From: Ostrea edulis
Taxonomy: Eukaryota
Direction of reading: 5' to 3'
DNA: 64,000 bases
Assembly: GCF_947568905.1 (NCBI RefSeq)
Contig: NC_079172.1
Span: 64,790,001 to 64,854,000 of the forward strand
Shown piece by piece: positions 27,901 through 40,700 of this stretch. Position 1 is the first letter of the stretch. The number at the start of each line of letters is the position of its first letter. The position numbers were made by a program, and so were the translations under genes. The notes under the pieces were generated by a model, which worked only from the letters and a program-made list of their open reading frames with translations, searched no databases and was not told the origin of the DNA.

Positions 27901-30900
27901 TTGTTATAATTTTTTTGGCTTTCATTAGAAGCACTGCCTATAATGCAAAGGCACCAAAATGTTCCTCAACTATTCTAGGTACACATGCAGTATCTGCCCA
28001 GAAAACAAAATATTAACTCATTCATTCACAAATTCAGAAATTCCTCTACAATTTACTGATATTTATAAACCGACTTTTATTCTTAAATCATGGATGGAAA
28101 TCATGTGCATATTGAATACCAATATAATTGATATTGCACAGAACTTAGGCATAAACAATGGCTAGTTTGTAGTGACAAATATTCGCAAGAAAGATATGCA
28201 TGCGAATCTTGTGAATATTTTTCGCAGGCAGATAAGGCTTTGTTGGCAGTGTATATCATCTGCTTGTTTATGTATTTCGCTGTTGCACTTTTGAGTTATT
28301 CCCCTTGGTTTTGATTTGGTTGCTTTGGTTTGATTTTGGGCTTGTTTTATGTTGTTTCTTTAGAAATCTGCATCAGCCAGCGATCTCTCCAAGTGCTCCA
28401 GCCCTGGAGAAAAGCCATGTCAGGAGCAACATAAGTGCTTAGGTTGTCAATCTTTCCCCGACTGCGACTGGAAGGGGGAACGATGTCAAGTTAAAACAGA
28501 GAACATTGACAGAAATGGTAATGATCATTATCCTACTATTAATTTGTGTTTGGTAAGTTCATATGTACACCCTTCTGTGAAACTGATTGGTTTATTTCTT
28601 TATGCTCTTTGAATGATTTTACACTCCTTGTCTAATGGATGAAGTTGAGTGGTTAATTTCTTTACACTCCTTGTTTAATGGATGAAGTTGATTGGTCTAA
28701 TTTTTACACTCCTTGTCTAATGGATGAAGTTGATTGGTCTATTTCTTTGCACTACTTGTCTAATGGATGAAGTTGATTTGTTAATTTCTTTACACTTCTC
28801 GTCTAATGGATGAAGTTGATTGGTCAATTTCTTTACACTCCTTGTCTAATGGATGAAGTTGATTGGTCGATTTCTTTACACTCCTTGTCTAATGGATGAA
28901 GTTGATTGGTCAATTTCTTTACACTCCTTGTCTAATGGATGAAGTTGATTGGTCAATTTCTTTACACTCCTTGTCTAATGGATTAAGTTGATTGGTCGAT
29001 TTCTTTACACTCCTTGTCTAATGGATGAAGTTGATTGGTCAATTTCTTTACACTCCTTGTCTAATGGATGAAGTTGATTGGTCAATTTCTTTACACTCCT
29101 TGTCTAATGGATGAAGTTGATTGGTCAATTTCTTTACACTCCTTGTCTAATGGATGAAGTTGATTGGTCAATTTCTTTACACTCCTTGTCTAATGGATGA
29201 AGTTGATTGGTCAATTTCTTTACAATCATTGTCTAATGAATGAAATTAATCCGTTTACTTCTTTGGATTTCTTGGATTAAAGGTTTATTTATATCTCACC
29301 TTTTCCAGGGGTAGACATAAATGGTTTTTTTTTTTACTTTCTGTCACCGTCAGTCTGTCTTTCTGGTGAATGCGTTTCCTCCTGTATGGCTTATCGAATA
29401 AACTTGAACTTTGTACAATGTTTCATTACCATTTATTGATGTGCATATTGTCGTAATGTGAGGATCCAGTTATTGCCTTAAAAGTTATAGTGGATCTAAG
29501 AGCGTGGAGGTGTAAAATAGCATGTGAACACTTCTCATCCTATATGACATAAGTACATGTGACATAACATGATGATGGACTATTTACATGTGACAGAACA
29601 TTATTTATTGACTAGTTACATGCGACATAACATTATGATGGACTAGTTACATGCGACATTACATTATTATTGACTAGTTACATGCGACATAACATTCTGA
29701 TGGACTAGTTACATGCGACATTACATTATTATTGACTAGTTACATGCGACATAACATTCTGATGGACTAGTTACATGTGATATAACATTATTTATTGACT
29801 AGTTACATGCAACATAACATTATGATGGACTAGTTACATGCGACATTACATTATTATTGACTAGTTGGGGGTATACTGGAATCGGGTTGTCCGTCTGTCA
29901 GTCCGTCCGTCCATCTGTAGATGCAATGGTTTCCGGGCTCTAAAGCATTATCCTTTCCACCTACTGTCACCATATCATATATATGGACTACCCATGGGAT
30001 GAAGATCTTCCCTATTGATTTTGAGGTCAAAGGTCAAGCGCACTAGACATCGAAGTAGCAATATGGTTTCCGGGCTCTAAAGCGTTATCCTTTCCACCTA
30101 CCGTCACCATATCATACATATGGACTACCCATGGGATGAAGATGTTCCCTATCGATTTTGGGGTACAAAGGTCAAGCGCACTGGACATCGAAGTAGCAAT
30201 ATGGTTTCCGGGCTCTAAAGCGTTATCCTTTCCACCTACCGTCACCATATCATACATATGGACTACCCATGGGATGAAGATGTTCCCTATCGATTTTGGG
30301 GTCCAAAGGTCAAGCGCACTGGACATCGAAGTAGCAATATGGTTTCCGGGCTCTAAAGCGTTATCCTTTCCACCTACCGTCACCATATCATACATATGGA
30401 CTACCCATGGGATGAAGATGTTCCCTATCGATTTTGGGGTCCAAAGGTCAAGCGCACTGGACATCGAAGTAGCAATATGGTTTCCGGGCTCTAAAGCGTT
30501 ATCCTTTCCACCTACAGTCACCATATCATACATATGGACTACCCATGGGATGAAGATGTTCCCTATTGATTTTTGGGGTCAAAAGGTCAAAGTTCACGTG
30601 CGCTGGACATCGAAGTAGCAATATGGTTCCGTTTGTCATGCCATTTGTTTTTTACACTCAGAAAAGAGGTAGTTTATACCTATTACCAACACCCTTTGGG
30701 AGATTGGGGTAAGCGGGGGGTATTCTTAGTGAGCATTGCTCACAGTACCTCTTGTTATTGACTAATTACATGCGACATAACATTCTGATGGACTTGTTAG
30801 ATGTGACATAACATAATTATTGACTAGTTACATGGAAATGTATCATCTCTGGGTTGTTTAAAAGCAGGAATCAGGAAGCCTTTGTAGTTATTAATAGCTT

Positions 30901-33900
30901 ATGTTATTGAACCCTCTTATTTCATCAATCTTACACACACCTATATATTAGTGTCTCCACTCTCTCTGTTGTGCTGTGTATTTTGTTGCATGTCATTTTA
31001 ATATTGGTCAAAATTAATGTACACTAGCTGTTTGATGTGTGTGTATGGATAGGATGAAGGTTGTCTTTTGTTGCCTATTTTTTTAGATGTCAGAAAAATC
31101 ATTTTTGTAGTGCTTGTCACAGTATATGTATATGAATATCTTGATCTTGTGGCAAAAATCAAAAGTCTGGGTTTCTTGTAAATGTGAACCAAGGTGTTGC
31201 TTTTCTGGAGAGTGTGGAGCTCCACATCAGAAGGGGGGGGGGAGTTGAACTTGTCAGTTCCAGTTGACTGATTTTTAGAGTGCCACCTCCGCCATTCATC
31301 AGTGCCCCCCTAAACACAGCAGTTCCTGTGGTCTCTTCCACAACTGTGTGGCCTGTGTGCAGTCCAAATCCTGCAAGTGGCATCCGACGGAACAGCGATG
31401 TCAGATGAAGACACATACACTGGGGACTTACGGTAGTTAATTATCTCGTGTGGACCATTCTGTCATCCACTGTTAAGGTTCAGTAATTATTTCGTGTGGA
31501 CCATTCTCTCGTCCACTTTTAAGGTTCAGTAATTATTTCGTGTGGACCATTCTCTCGTCCACTGTTAAGGTTCAGTAATTATCTCGTGTGGACCATTCTC
31601 TCGTCCACCGTTAAGGTTCAGTAATATCTCATTGGACCATTCTCTCGTCCACTGTTAAGGTTCAGTGATTATCTTGTGTGGACCATTCTCTTATCCAACG
31701 TTAAGGTTCAGTAATTATCTCGTTGAACCGTTCTCTCGTCCAACATTAAGGTTCAGTAATTATCTTGTTGGACCGTTCTCTCGTCCAACGTTAAGGTTCA
31801 TTAATTATCTTGTTGGACCATTCCCTCGTCCAACATTAAGGTTCAGTAATTATCTCGTTGGACCATTCTCTCGTCCAACGTTAAGGTTCAGTGAATAAGT
31901 ATTAAATGATTATCTGTCACATTTTCTATGAATTACTTTTAAGATGCGTCCTTTTTCTCATAGATACGTTCAATGACTTTAATGATCCCGATAAGGACAA
32001 ATGCCCTAATCCGTGTCACTTAAAAAAGAACTGCGAGAATTGTACGGAAGGTAAATGTATGTGGTGCAGCAACCAGCAGAAGTGTGTGGAAACTAATGCC
32101 TATGTGGCCACGTTTATTTACGGCCAGTGCATGGAGTGGACCACAGAGAAAGCTAAGTGTCCAGGTAACCATGGCAACTCAAGAAAGTTCAACCTATGTG
32201 CTTCAATGTATAAATGAGAGTAAATTACTGATGAAAAAATTTTTTCTCTTATTTCGTTAGATTTTTCCCGAGTGGTAGAAAAGCAAAATAATTTCAATAT
32301 TTAATACATTTTGTCTGTGAATTATAAAAAAGATCCTTTTGTTTCTAGCCACTCGCTGCTCTGACCTTCACTCCTGTAAGGAATGTCAATCCAATCCAAT
32401 GTGTGGGTGGTGCAATGATCCCAGTAACACAGGGATTGGTCGATGTATGGAGGGCGGAGCCTCAGGACCTGTCAATCATACTGATCACCAGCTCACTGAC
32501 CTCAGCAGATGTCCAGCTAATCAATGGTTTTTCATTGACTGTCCAGGTTAGGAAAGGAACATATTTTGTTCATTTCAAAATTTGCCATGTGATCCATAGT
32601 GTGGAGTTCCTGCCTATATGTATACTTGCATTATTTATTGGAAAGAGATTTGAATCTTGTAAATTAATTTTCTATAAAAGTGCATGTACCCCTGCTTTAA
32701 ATTACATAAATGTCATAATTTTCCAAGGGAATAAAATTACAAAGTACTTGTAGGTATAATTTTTGAAAATCAAAAATTTACATAAAATAACGGACTTATG
32801 GACTTCCTGTTAATATCAGGATATTAGAAATAATAGGAATCAGTGATGAACTATGTCTCTAGATTTTCCTGCTTCTTATGTTCTGGTCTACAGTGTCAGT
32901 CCGGTTAGGATCAGGTTTCAAATCCTCCTAGCAGCATACTGACCCCGAAGAGCGATATTGGGAAGCTTGTTATTGTTACACAGTCAATGAATTTTTAGCA
33001 TTTTTGCCAATCTAATGTATTTGCAAAAATATTCAATGGAAATAGTGAAAAAGAAATGCATAGGAATTTGACCCAGTTTTGTGGAATTTATGTCTTATAG
33101 GAGGCTGTCAAAGGAATAATTTGCCATTGAGAAGTTTTAGAATCGATTTTCAACACCTGCTTTAATTTCAGATTGTCAGTGTAATGGACACAGTACTTGT
33201 CTGAATGTTTCCGGAACGTGTGATGGCTGTCAAAACATGACGGAGGGTAAGACAAATGTTATGTCAGTCGGCAATCTCTGCCGTAGATTTATCCCCACCC
33301 CCACTACCAAAAGATGGGGGCAGGTTGACCACATATCCTTGCGTGTGTCTCTCCCACATTGTGTTTGGGTCATAGCTTTATTTGGAGAAGTTAAACAAAA
33401 AATCTGTAAAAAAAAAATTGAAGTTGTTATTTTTGTTGTGAAGATACTTTGACATAGATTGATGAGAAATTTTTGGGTCAGGATGAATTCATTATTGGAT
33501 GCAGGGAGAGTCAATCTATTTATGATTGTGTTAGAAAGTGTGTGTGGGGAAATGAGAAAATATTTTCTATTTTATTGTTTCAGTAAAATACTTCCTTATT
33601 GATATTTAAAAGTTCTGAATAAAAGATTTTAAAAAATATTTAGATGTACATACTATTTTTGAATTGTTGTTTTTAATGCTTTTTTATATAAAGTGAGTAT
33701 TTAGAATTCTTCTGTTTTCATTTTTAGATAAAAGATGTCATGTGTCGGACAATTTCTGTGTGTTTCTTTGGAAACAGTTTACAATGCTTACAGATTTTGC
33801 AGCCTATTTAATGCTTTCCATCAAAATGATCTTATGTTAGTTTTGGTCGAGTTTGTGAATGTTTTCATTGTACATGTACATGTATTTGTTTCAGGCAAGT

Positions 33901-36900
33901 ATTGTGAGAGATGTGTAGAGGGTTACTATGGCGATGCCAGTAATGGAGGGAACTGTACGGGTGAGTAGTCGGTAATATTTTACACTGTCATGTTTTCTTC
34001 TCTACTTCATTTATCTACAAATAAATAGGTCCACTCGACAGTCTATGCATTTCACTGACAATAGGTGTTCAGTATATGTACGAAAATAATTCTAGCAAAT
34101 ATAATTGTGTACATATGAATATTGAATGTACTTATTTACTGGGAATTGTGTATAGAATACTTGTTTAAGATAGTTAGAATATAAGTACTAGTTACATATT
34201 ATCTTTCATAATTAAATCATTTCATGCTGATTTTAGAAATTCTTTCAAGGTGTAGTGAGCTAATGTTAATTTTCATTGCTGTTGTGCTGTAGTTTGGAAG
34301 CTTATGAATGACCAGTCATGTTTGGTAGGAGAGCGTTTACTCAATGCTTTAATTTGTAGCTTGTCAGTGTAACGGACAGGCAGATTCCTGTGACCGGGTG
34401 ACAGGGGCGTGTTACTGCAGGACGAGGGGGGTCATTGGAGATCGATGTGACAAGTAAGTGTTGTACACACTAACCACAATGCATCAGGGTTTCCTGTGAC
34501 TCATTTACTCATTAAACAACTCAAAATGAAAAAATGCAATGCTATAAAGAACAAACAAACCGTTATATACCCTGGATGGGAAGAACAGGTGCTTGTTGTA
34601 TATGGTTTGTCTGTCTACATTAGAGGAACAGGTGCTTGTTGTGTTTGTCTATCTACATTAGAAGAACAGGTGCATGTTGTGTTTGTCTGTCTACATTAGA
34701 AGAACAGGTGCTTGTTGTGTTTGGTTTGTCTATCTACATTAGAAGAACAGGTGCTTGTTGTGTTTGTCTATCTACATTAGAAGAACAGGTGCTTGTTGTG
34801 TTTGTCTATCTACATTAGAAGAACAGGTGCTTGTTGTGTTTGGTTTGTCTATCTACATTAGAAGAACAGGTGCTTGTTGTGTTTGTCTATCTACATTAGA
34901 AGAACAGGTGCTTGTTGTGTTTGTCTGTCTACATTAGAAGAACAGGTGCTTGTTGTGTTTGGTTTGTCTATCTACATTAGAAGAACAGGTGCTTGTAGTG
35001 TTTGTATATCTACATTAGAAGAACAGGTGCTTGTTATACCCCCCGAACGAAGTTCTGGGGGGTATATAGGAATCACTCTGTCTGTCTGTCCGTCCGTCCG
35101 TCCGTCTGTGCAGATTCGTGTCCGGGCCATAACTTCTTTGTTCTTTGACTTAGGCATACCATATTTGGCACACAGGTAGATCACCATGAGATGATGTGTT
35201 GAGTACCTTCATGACCTCTATATGACCTTGACCCTTGACCTCAAGGTCAAAATTAAAGGTTTTTTACAATGGATTCGTGTCCGGGCCATAACTTCTTTGT
35301 TCTTTGACATAGGCATACCATATTTGACACATGAGTGTATCACCATGAGACGATGTGTCATGTACCTTCATGACCTCCATATGACCTTGACCTCAAGGTC
35401 AAAATTAAAGGTTTTTACAATGGATTCATGTCCGGGCCATAACTTCTTTGTTCTTTGACTTAGGCATACCATATTTGACACATGAGTGTATCACCATGAG
35501 ACAATGTGTCAAGTACCTTCATGACCTCTATATGACCTTGACCCTTGACCTCAAGGTCAAAATTAAAGGTTTTTTTACAATGGATTCGTGTCCGGGCCAT
35601 AACTTCTTTGTTCTTTGACATAGGCATACCATATTTGACACATGAGTGTATCACCATGAGACAATGTGTCGAGTACCTTCATGACCTGTATATGACCTTG
35701 AACTTTGACCTCAAGGTCAAAATTGATTATAGGGTTTTGACATAGTCATACCATAAGACATGGGTGTATCACCATGAGACTATGTGTCATGTACATTCAT
35801 GACCTCTTTATGACCTTGACCTTTGATCTCAAGGTCAAAATTATAGGTTTATGCCATGGATTTGTGTTCGGACTATATCTTCCATTTTCTTCTACAAATG
35901 CATACCATATTTTTACACTCAGGAAAGAGGTAATTTATACCTATTAACAACACCCTTTGGGAGATTGTGGTAAGCGGGGGGTATTCTTAGTGAGCATTCC
36001 TCACAGTACATCTTGTTGTGTTTGTCTATCAACATTAGAAGAACAGGTGCTTGTTGTGTTTGTCTGTCTATATTAGAAGAACAGGTGCTTGTTGTGTTTG
36101 GTTTGTCTATCTACATTAAAAGAACAGGTGCTTGTTGTGTTTGCCTATCTACATTAGAAGAACAGGTACTTGTTGTGTTTTTCTGTCTACATTAGAAGAA
36201 CAGGTGCTTGTTGTGTATGGTTTGTCTGTCTATATTAGAAGAACAGGTGCTTGTTGTGTTTGTCTGTCTACATTAGAAGAACAGTGTCTACATTAGAAGA
36301 ACAGGTGCTTGTTGTGTTTGTCTGTCTACATTAGAAGAACAGGTGCTTGTTGTGTTTGTCTGTCTACATTAGAAGAACAGGTGCTTGTTGTGTTTGTCTG
36401 TCTACATTAGAAGAACAGGTGCTTGTTGTGTTTGTCTGTCTACATTAGAAGAACAGGTGCTTATTGTGTTTGGTATGTTAACTTTGCCTCAGCTTTATAA
36501 CTGTTACAGATTTTGTATTTAACATGCATACTTTACAGTGGAAGTTTTTACAAGAGATACCAAGGTCAAAGACATTTTGACCTTGAAATCAGTTGATATC
36601 TGTAATTAACAAACATAATTTGCTTTTCCCTTTGTTGCGTATATTATACAACATTTGACAGGCATGATGAACCTTTGTTGTGTATATTGTACAATGCTAT
36701 ATTTTACAGGTGTGATGAACCTTTGTTGTGTATATTATACAATGCTATATTTTACAGGTGTGATGAACCCCATAAATATTTTGGGAATCCTAAAACTGGA
36801 ACATGTTACTGTAAGTAAAAAATGTTGTTCCCAGACTTTCAAAACATTTTGAAAATTATTGTTACCAATTTTACTGTGCTACTGATGAATCAAATTTCGA

Positions 36901-37662
36901 ATTGATTTTCAACATGCTACTTTCACAGATAATCTGGTAACAGACTACCAGTTCACCTTTAACCTTTCAAAATCGGAGGATAAGTCCTACACACAGATCA
37001 ACTTTATGAACATCCCATCCTCAGTAAGTCTGCTTCTGATCATAAACAACTTCATCAACATCCCATTCTCAGTAGAAACAGACTTCTGATGTTGAAATTG
37101 ATATGAAAGTAAATGTTCGTGTTGGACAAATCAATGTAGGCCATATAAACATTTATTATATGCAGCTTGATTTATTCTTTTAGTTTGTTCTATCATATTT
37201 ATAGTAACAGTTTCTCAAGAGAAGAACATTAAATTTTTATATTATAATGGTGACAAAGAAGCAATTTTGTAAATTTTAGAAAAATATTACGTATTATTTT
37301 ATTGACCTTGTAGAGTGAACGGGACGTTGACTTTAAAGTGAATTGTTCGGGTATAGCCTTTCTGAACATAACAATGAAGAAAAGTAAGTGCTTAAACTAT
37401 ACGGTCACTGTATTTTCTCAGTGTTGTGTTTTGCATTACTTCTATAAACTTACAATGGATTAATTGTCTATTCTTAGAATCTCATGGTGACCACGAAACA
37501 ACGATCGTCAAACAACATTCGTGCAATTACTTCCGGGCCAAGTTCGACCATGGGGAATATTCCTTTGGAGCCAAGGAAAACACGACATTCCTTGTTTATG
37601 TGTATGGGTTTAAAACCCCATTCTGGCTACAGGTTTGTTTGCCCTTTATAATCTTGAAGTTC

Positions 37663-37742
<80 letters not shown>

Positions 37743-40700
37743 GTAGATAAACTTTTAATAAGTTAAAAAAAATTGAAAGATTGATACTAAACATGTGAAA
37801 ACCATTATGTTTACCGCCGGACTCTATTTCACAGATCTCCTTCTCCCAGTTTCCTAAAATCGACTTGGTCCACTTCTTTGTGACATTCTTCAGGTAAGAT
37901 TCACTTAATCTTCAGGTAAAATTAACTTAATCTTGAGATAAGATTAACTTAACCCTTTCTCTACCGGCACATTTTAAAGGTTTTCCAAGGCTAAATGACA
38001 GTATTTTTAAAATTTACTCAAATATATTATGTACGCTGATTTGGGGTAGGCATGTGACATATAATTGTGTTAGGAATTTGACAGAGAACAATTTTTTTTA
38101 TGAAGTTTGTCATGGTATCCCATGATGTCAAAGATGTCTCTGGGGTCAAAGGTCATATAAGTGCACATTTTTTTCAATCTTTTTTTTTGTGAAGTGTATA
38201 TATTATGACCCCTCTCACTAGATTAGAGTCAAAAATAGGAAATTCTAAATGTATGAACTGATGTGTCTTTTGAAATACTTCAAAAACATCACAATCAAAT
38301 TAATCAATTTTATTGACAAACATTTAACATTTTTGGTTGTTAAGTAACAACACACATCGTTCAATTTTGACCATAATTTGCCTTTCTGCATCCATTCGAC
38401 ACAATTTAAACTTAACTAAATTGTATAAAGGATAGTAAATGTCACATTGTTTTAATAGTATAATCTGTAACTAGATCTTAATCATTTTAAAATGTTTTTA
38501 ACAACAGATATGATAAAGATAATGAATAGAATTAAGGTGAAAGGTCATAAAGTGCAAACTTCGTACTTTATTTACGTATCCATCATTTTCTAATGATATG
38601 ATGTTTTGCCATTAAGTTCCACTAAATAGAATAAATATTGCAACATGAAAACAAAATTTTTTACTGTTACTCTGAAAATAACTTCATATTTTGTATTCAA
38701 ATATATTTGGTTGCTAAGCAACAACACCATAATAAATGTTATCAAAAAGTAATATCTGTTTTTCCTCCCCAAGTTTAATGTATACGAATGTTCAAGTCCT
38801 TACTTTCAATCACTTGATTTAAATGTACTTGCATCATATTCGACAAAAATGTTCTTATATTCAACCTCTTAAAGGCCATAAGTGCCGAGCATAGGCCTAA
38901 ATTTTGCAGCCCTTCACCGGGAGTGGTGACATCTCCATATGATTGAAATATTCTCAAGAGGGACTTTAAACAATATAAAATCAATCAATCAACCTCTTAA
39001 AACCTATTTCTAGACATAATTCTTGATGCTGGGTTGTTCTGATAGGGGCATGTGTTAACCAATATCTGTCTATCGACCGAAACTTCACAGCAGACATGTA
39101 TAAGATAATGCCAAAAAATCTAAAACAAAAAGTATTTCTTAAGGAGGCTCTTTACACCCTGAAATTAGAATCTCATGGTGACCACGAAACAACGATCGTC
39201 AAACAACACTCGTGCAATTACTTCTGGACCAAGTTCGACCATGGGGAATATTCCTTTGGAGCCAAGGAAAACACGACATTCCTTGTTTATGTGTATGGGT
39301 TTAAAACCCCATTCTGGCTACAGGTTTGCCCTTTATAATCTTCAAAACAGTACAAATTGATTTAATCATGAAAGATATGATGATAGCGAGCCAGCACAAA
39401 GTGCTGGCGCGTACTGCGAGCTCTAATGACTAGAGCGCGGGAAATAATCCGAGCTAAATCTAAACCTCTAACAAGTAAAACTTTACATTAGACATACGTA
39501 ATATGGCATCAAATACAAATTGTGTATAATCGACTGCAAACCACAAATCTGATTAAAATACTAAATTCTCAATAGGAATTTATTATTCTAACAAGACAAA
39601 AGGTTAAATTGTTAGAATATGTGAGGGAGCACAGGTACTGAATTAGTGCTGTTTAAAAAATTACAAAAAATCGATGGAACTTGGTTGGATTGAAGAATTT
39701 TTTTTAAAATCTTTATTTTTTTTTTGCGACTAAAAATAATAAGTACTTGAATCCATTTCCTTTAAACGTGTCCGGTAATGCGAACCACGATGAGTAGAAA
39801 AAAGGAAAGTAGAGGCAGTCGACTGCTAAGAACATAGTTACAATTCAGAACATTTCGCGTGTCACAGTGAAGGCAGCAGAAATGAAATGTATATATAGCA
39901 TAAAAATATTTCAATCACATTAATGTATACATCTTTTAATGATTTTTAATATAAAACCCTGGGAGAAAACTTAACATGAAGCCACGCTCTCTCAAACGGT
40001 AGCACCGTCAACATATTATGTAATAGGTATGTATGCCAAAAAGGCAGAAAATATGCAAATTTGGATAAAAACATAATTTGCACACAAATTATTTCAACAC
40101 ATATGAACAAAAGGCTCAGGCAGATTTGAACTCGAGATCTGTGGTTCACCAGCCCAATGCTTTAACCACTGAGCTACGATGATAGACAAACAAATCGATC
40201 GATACAAATAATTTCACAAAACATTTAAATTGCCGTCTTGTGACGTAGTATCATAAAGAGTATAAGCTTTAGTATTGTCTGCAGAGCTTTTGAATACTCA
40301 ATTGGCTCTGTAAATGGTTTCTATAATTAAGACTTTCTAAAAGTTATGCATTTAATTATTATGAAATTTTATCAGAGGTAATTATAGTACACATTTGATA
40401 AATGTTTTAGATGCACAGCAAGATTACTTTTGGTAAAGATAATCTTATTATAATGCATTTTATTATTCGTTTTAAACTGGAAATCGTCATAATATCGGTA
40501 CTTTAGAACTAGTAATGCCTGTATAATTCCTCTTCAGTGGGATGCTGCAAACTTTCTTTGGAAGCGCATGACAATCCTTCCCTCCTACATAAAACCATCT
40601 GAGCATAACAGTGGCAACACAGATGGAGAAAACCAAATCTTCTCTCAAAAACGGCTTCATAAAATCTACAGTTCTCTGAACCATCGGGTTCCAAGTCAAT

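Noticed and set aside
28517-28523. Earlier donor for exon M (aat g|gtaatg)
   Set aside because: Phase 1 cannot join exon N, which must start in phase 0 after an in-frame TAG. The 28552 donor is stronger and fits.
30027-30618. 47-aa repeat ORFs on both strands
   Set aside because: They are translations of the 141-bp internal repeat of a non-autonomous element.
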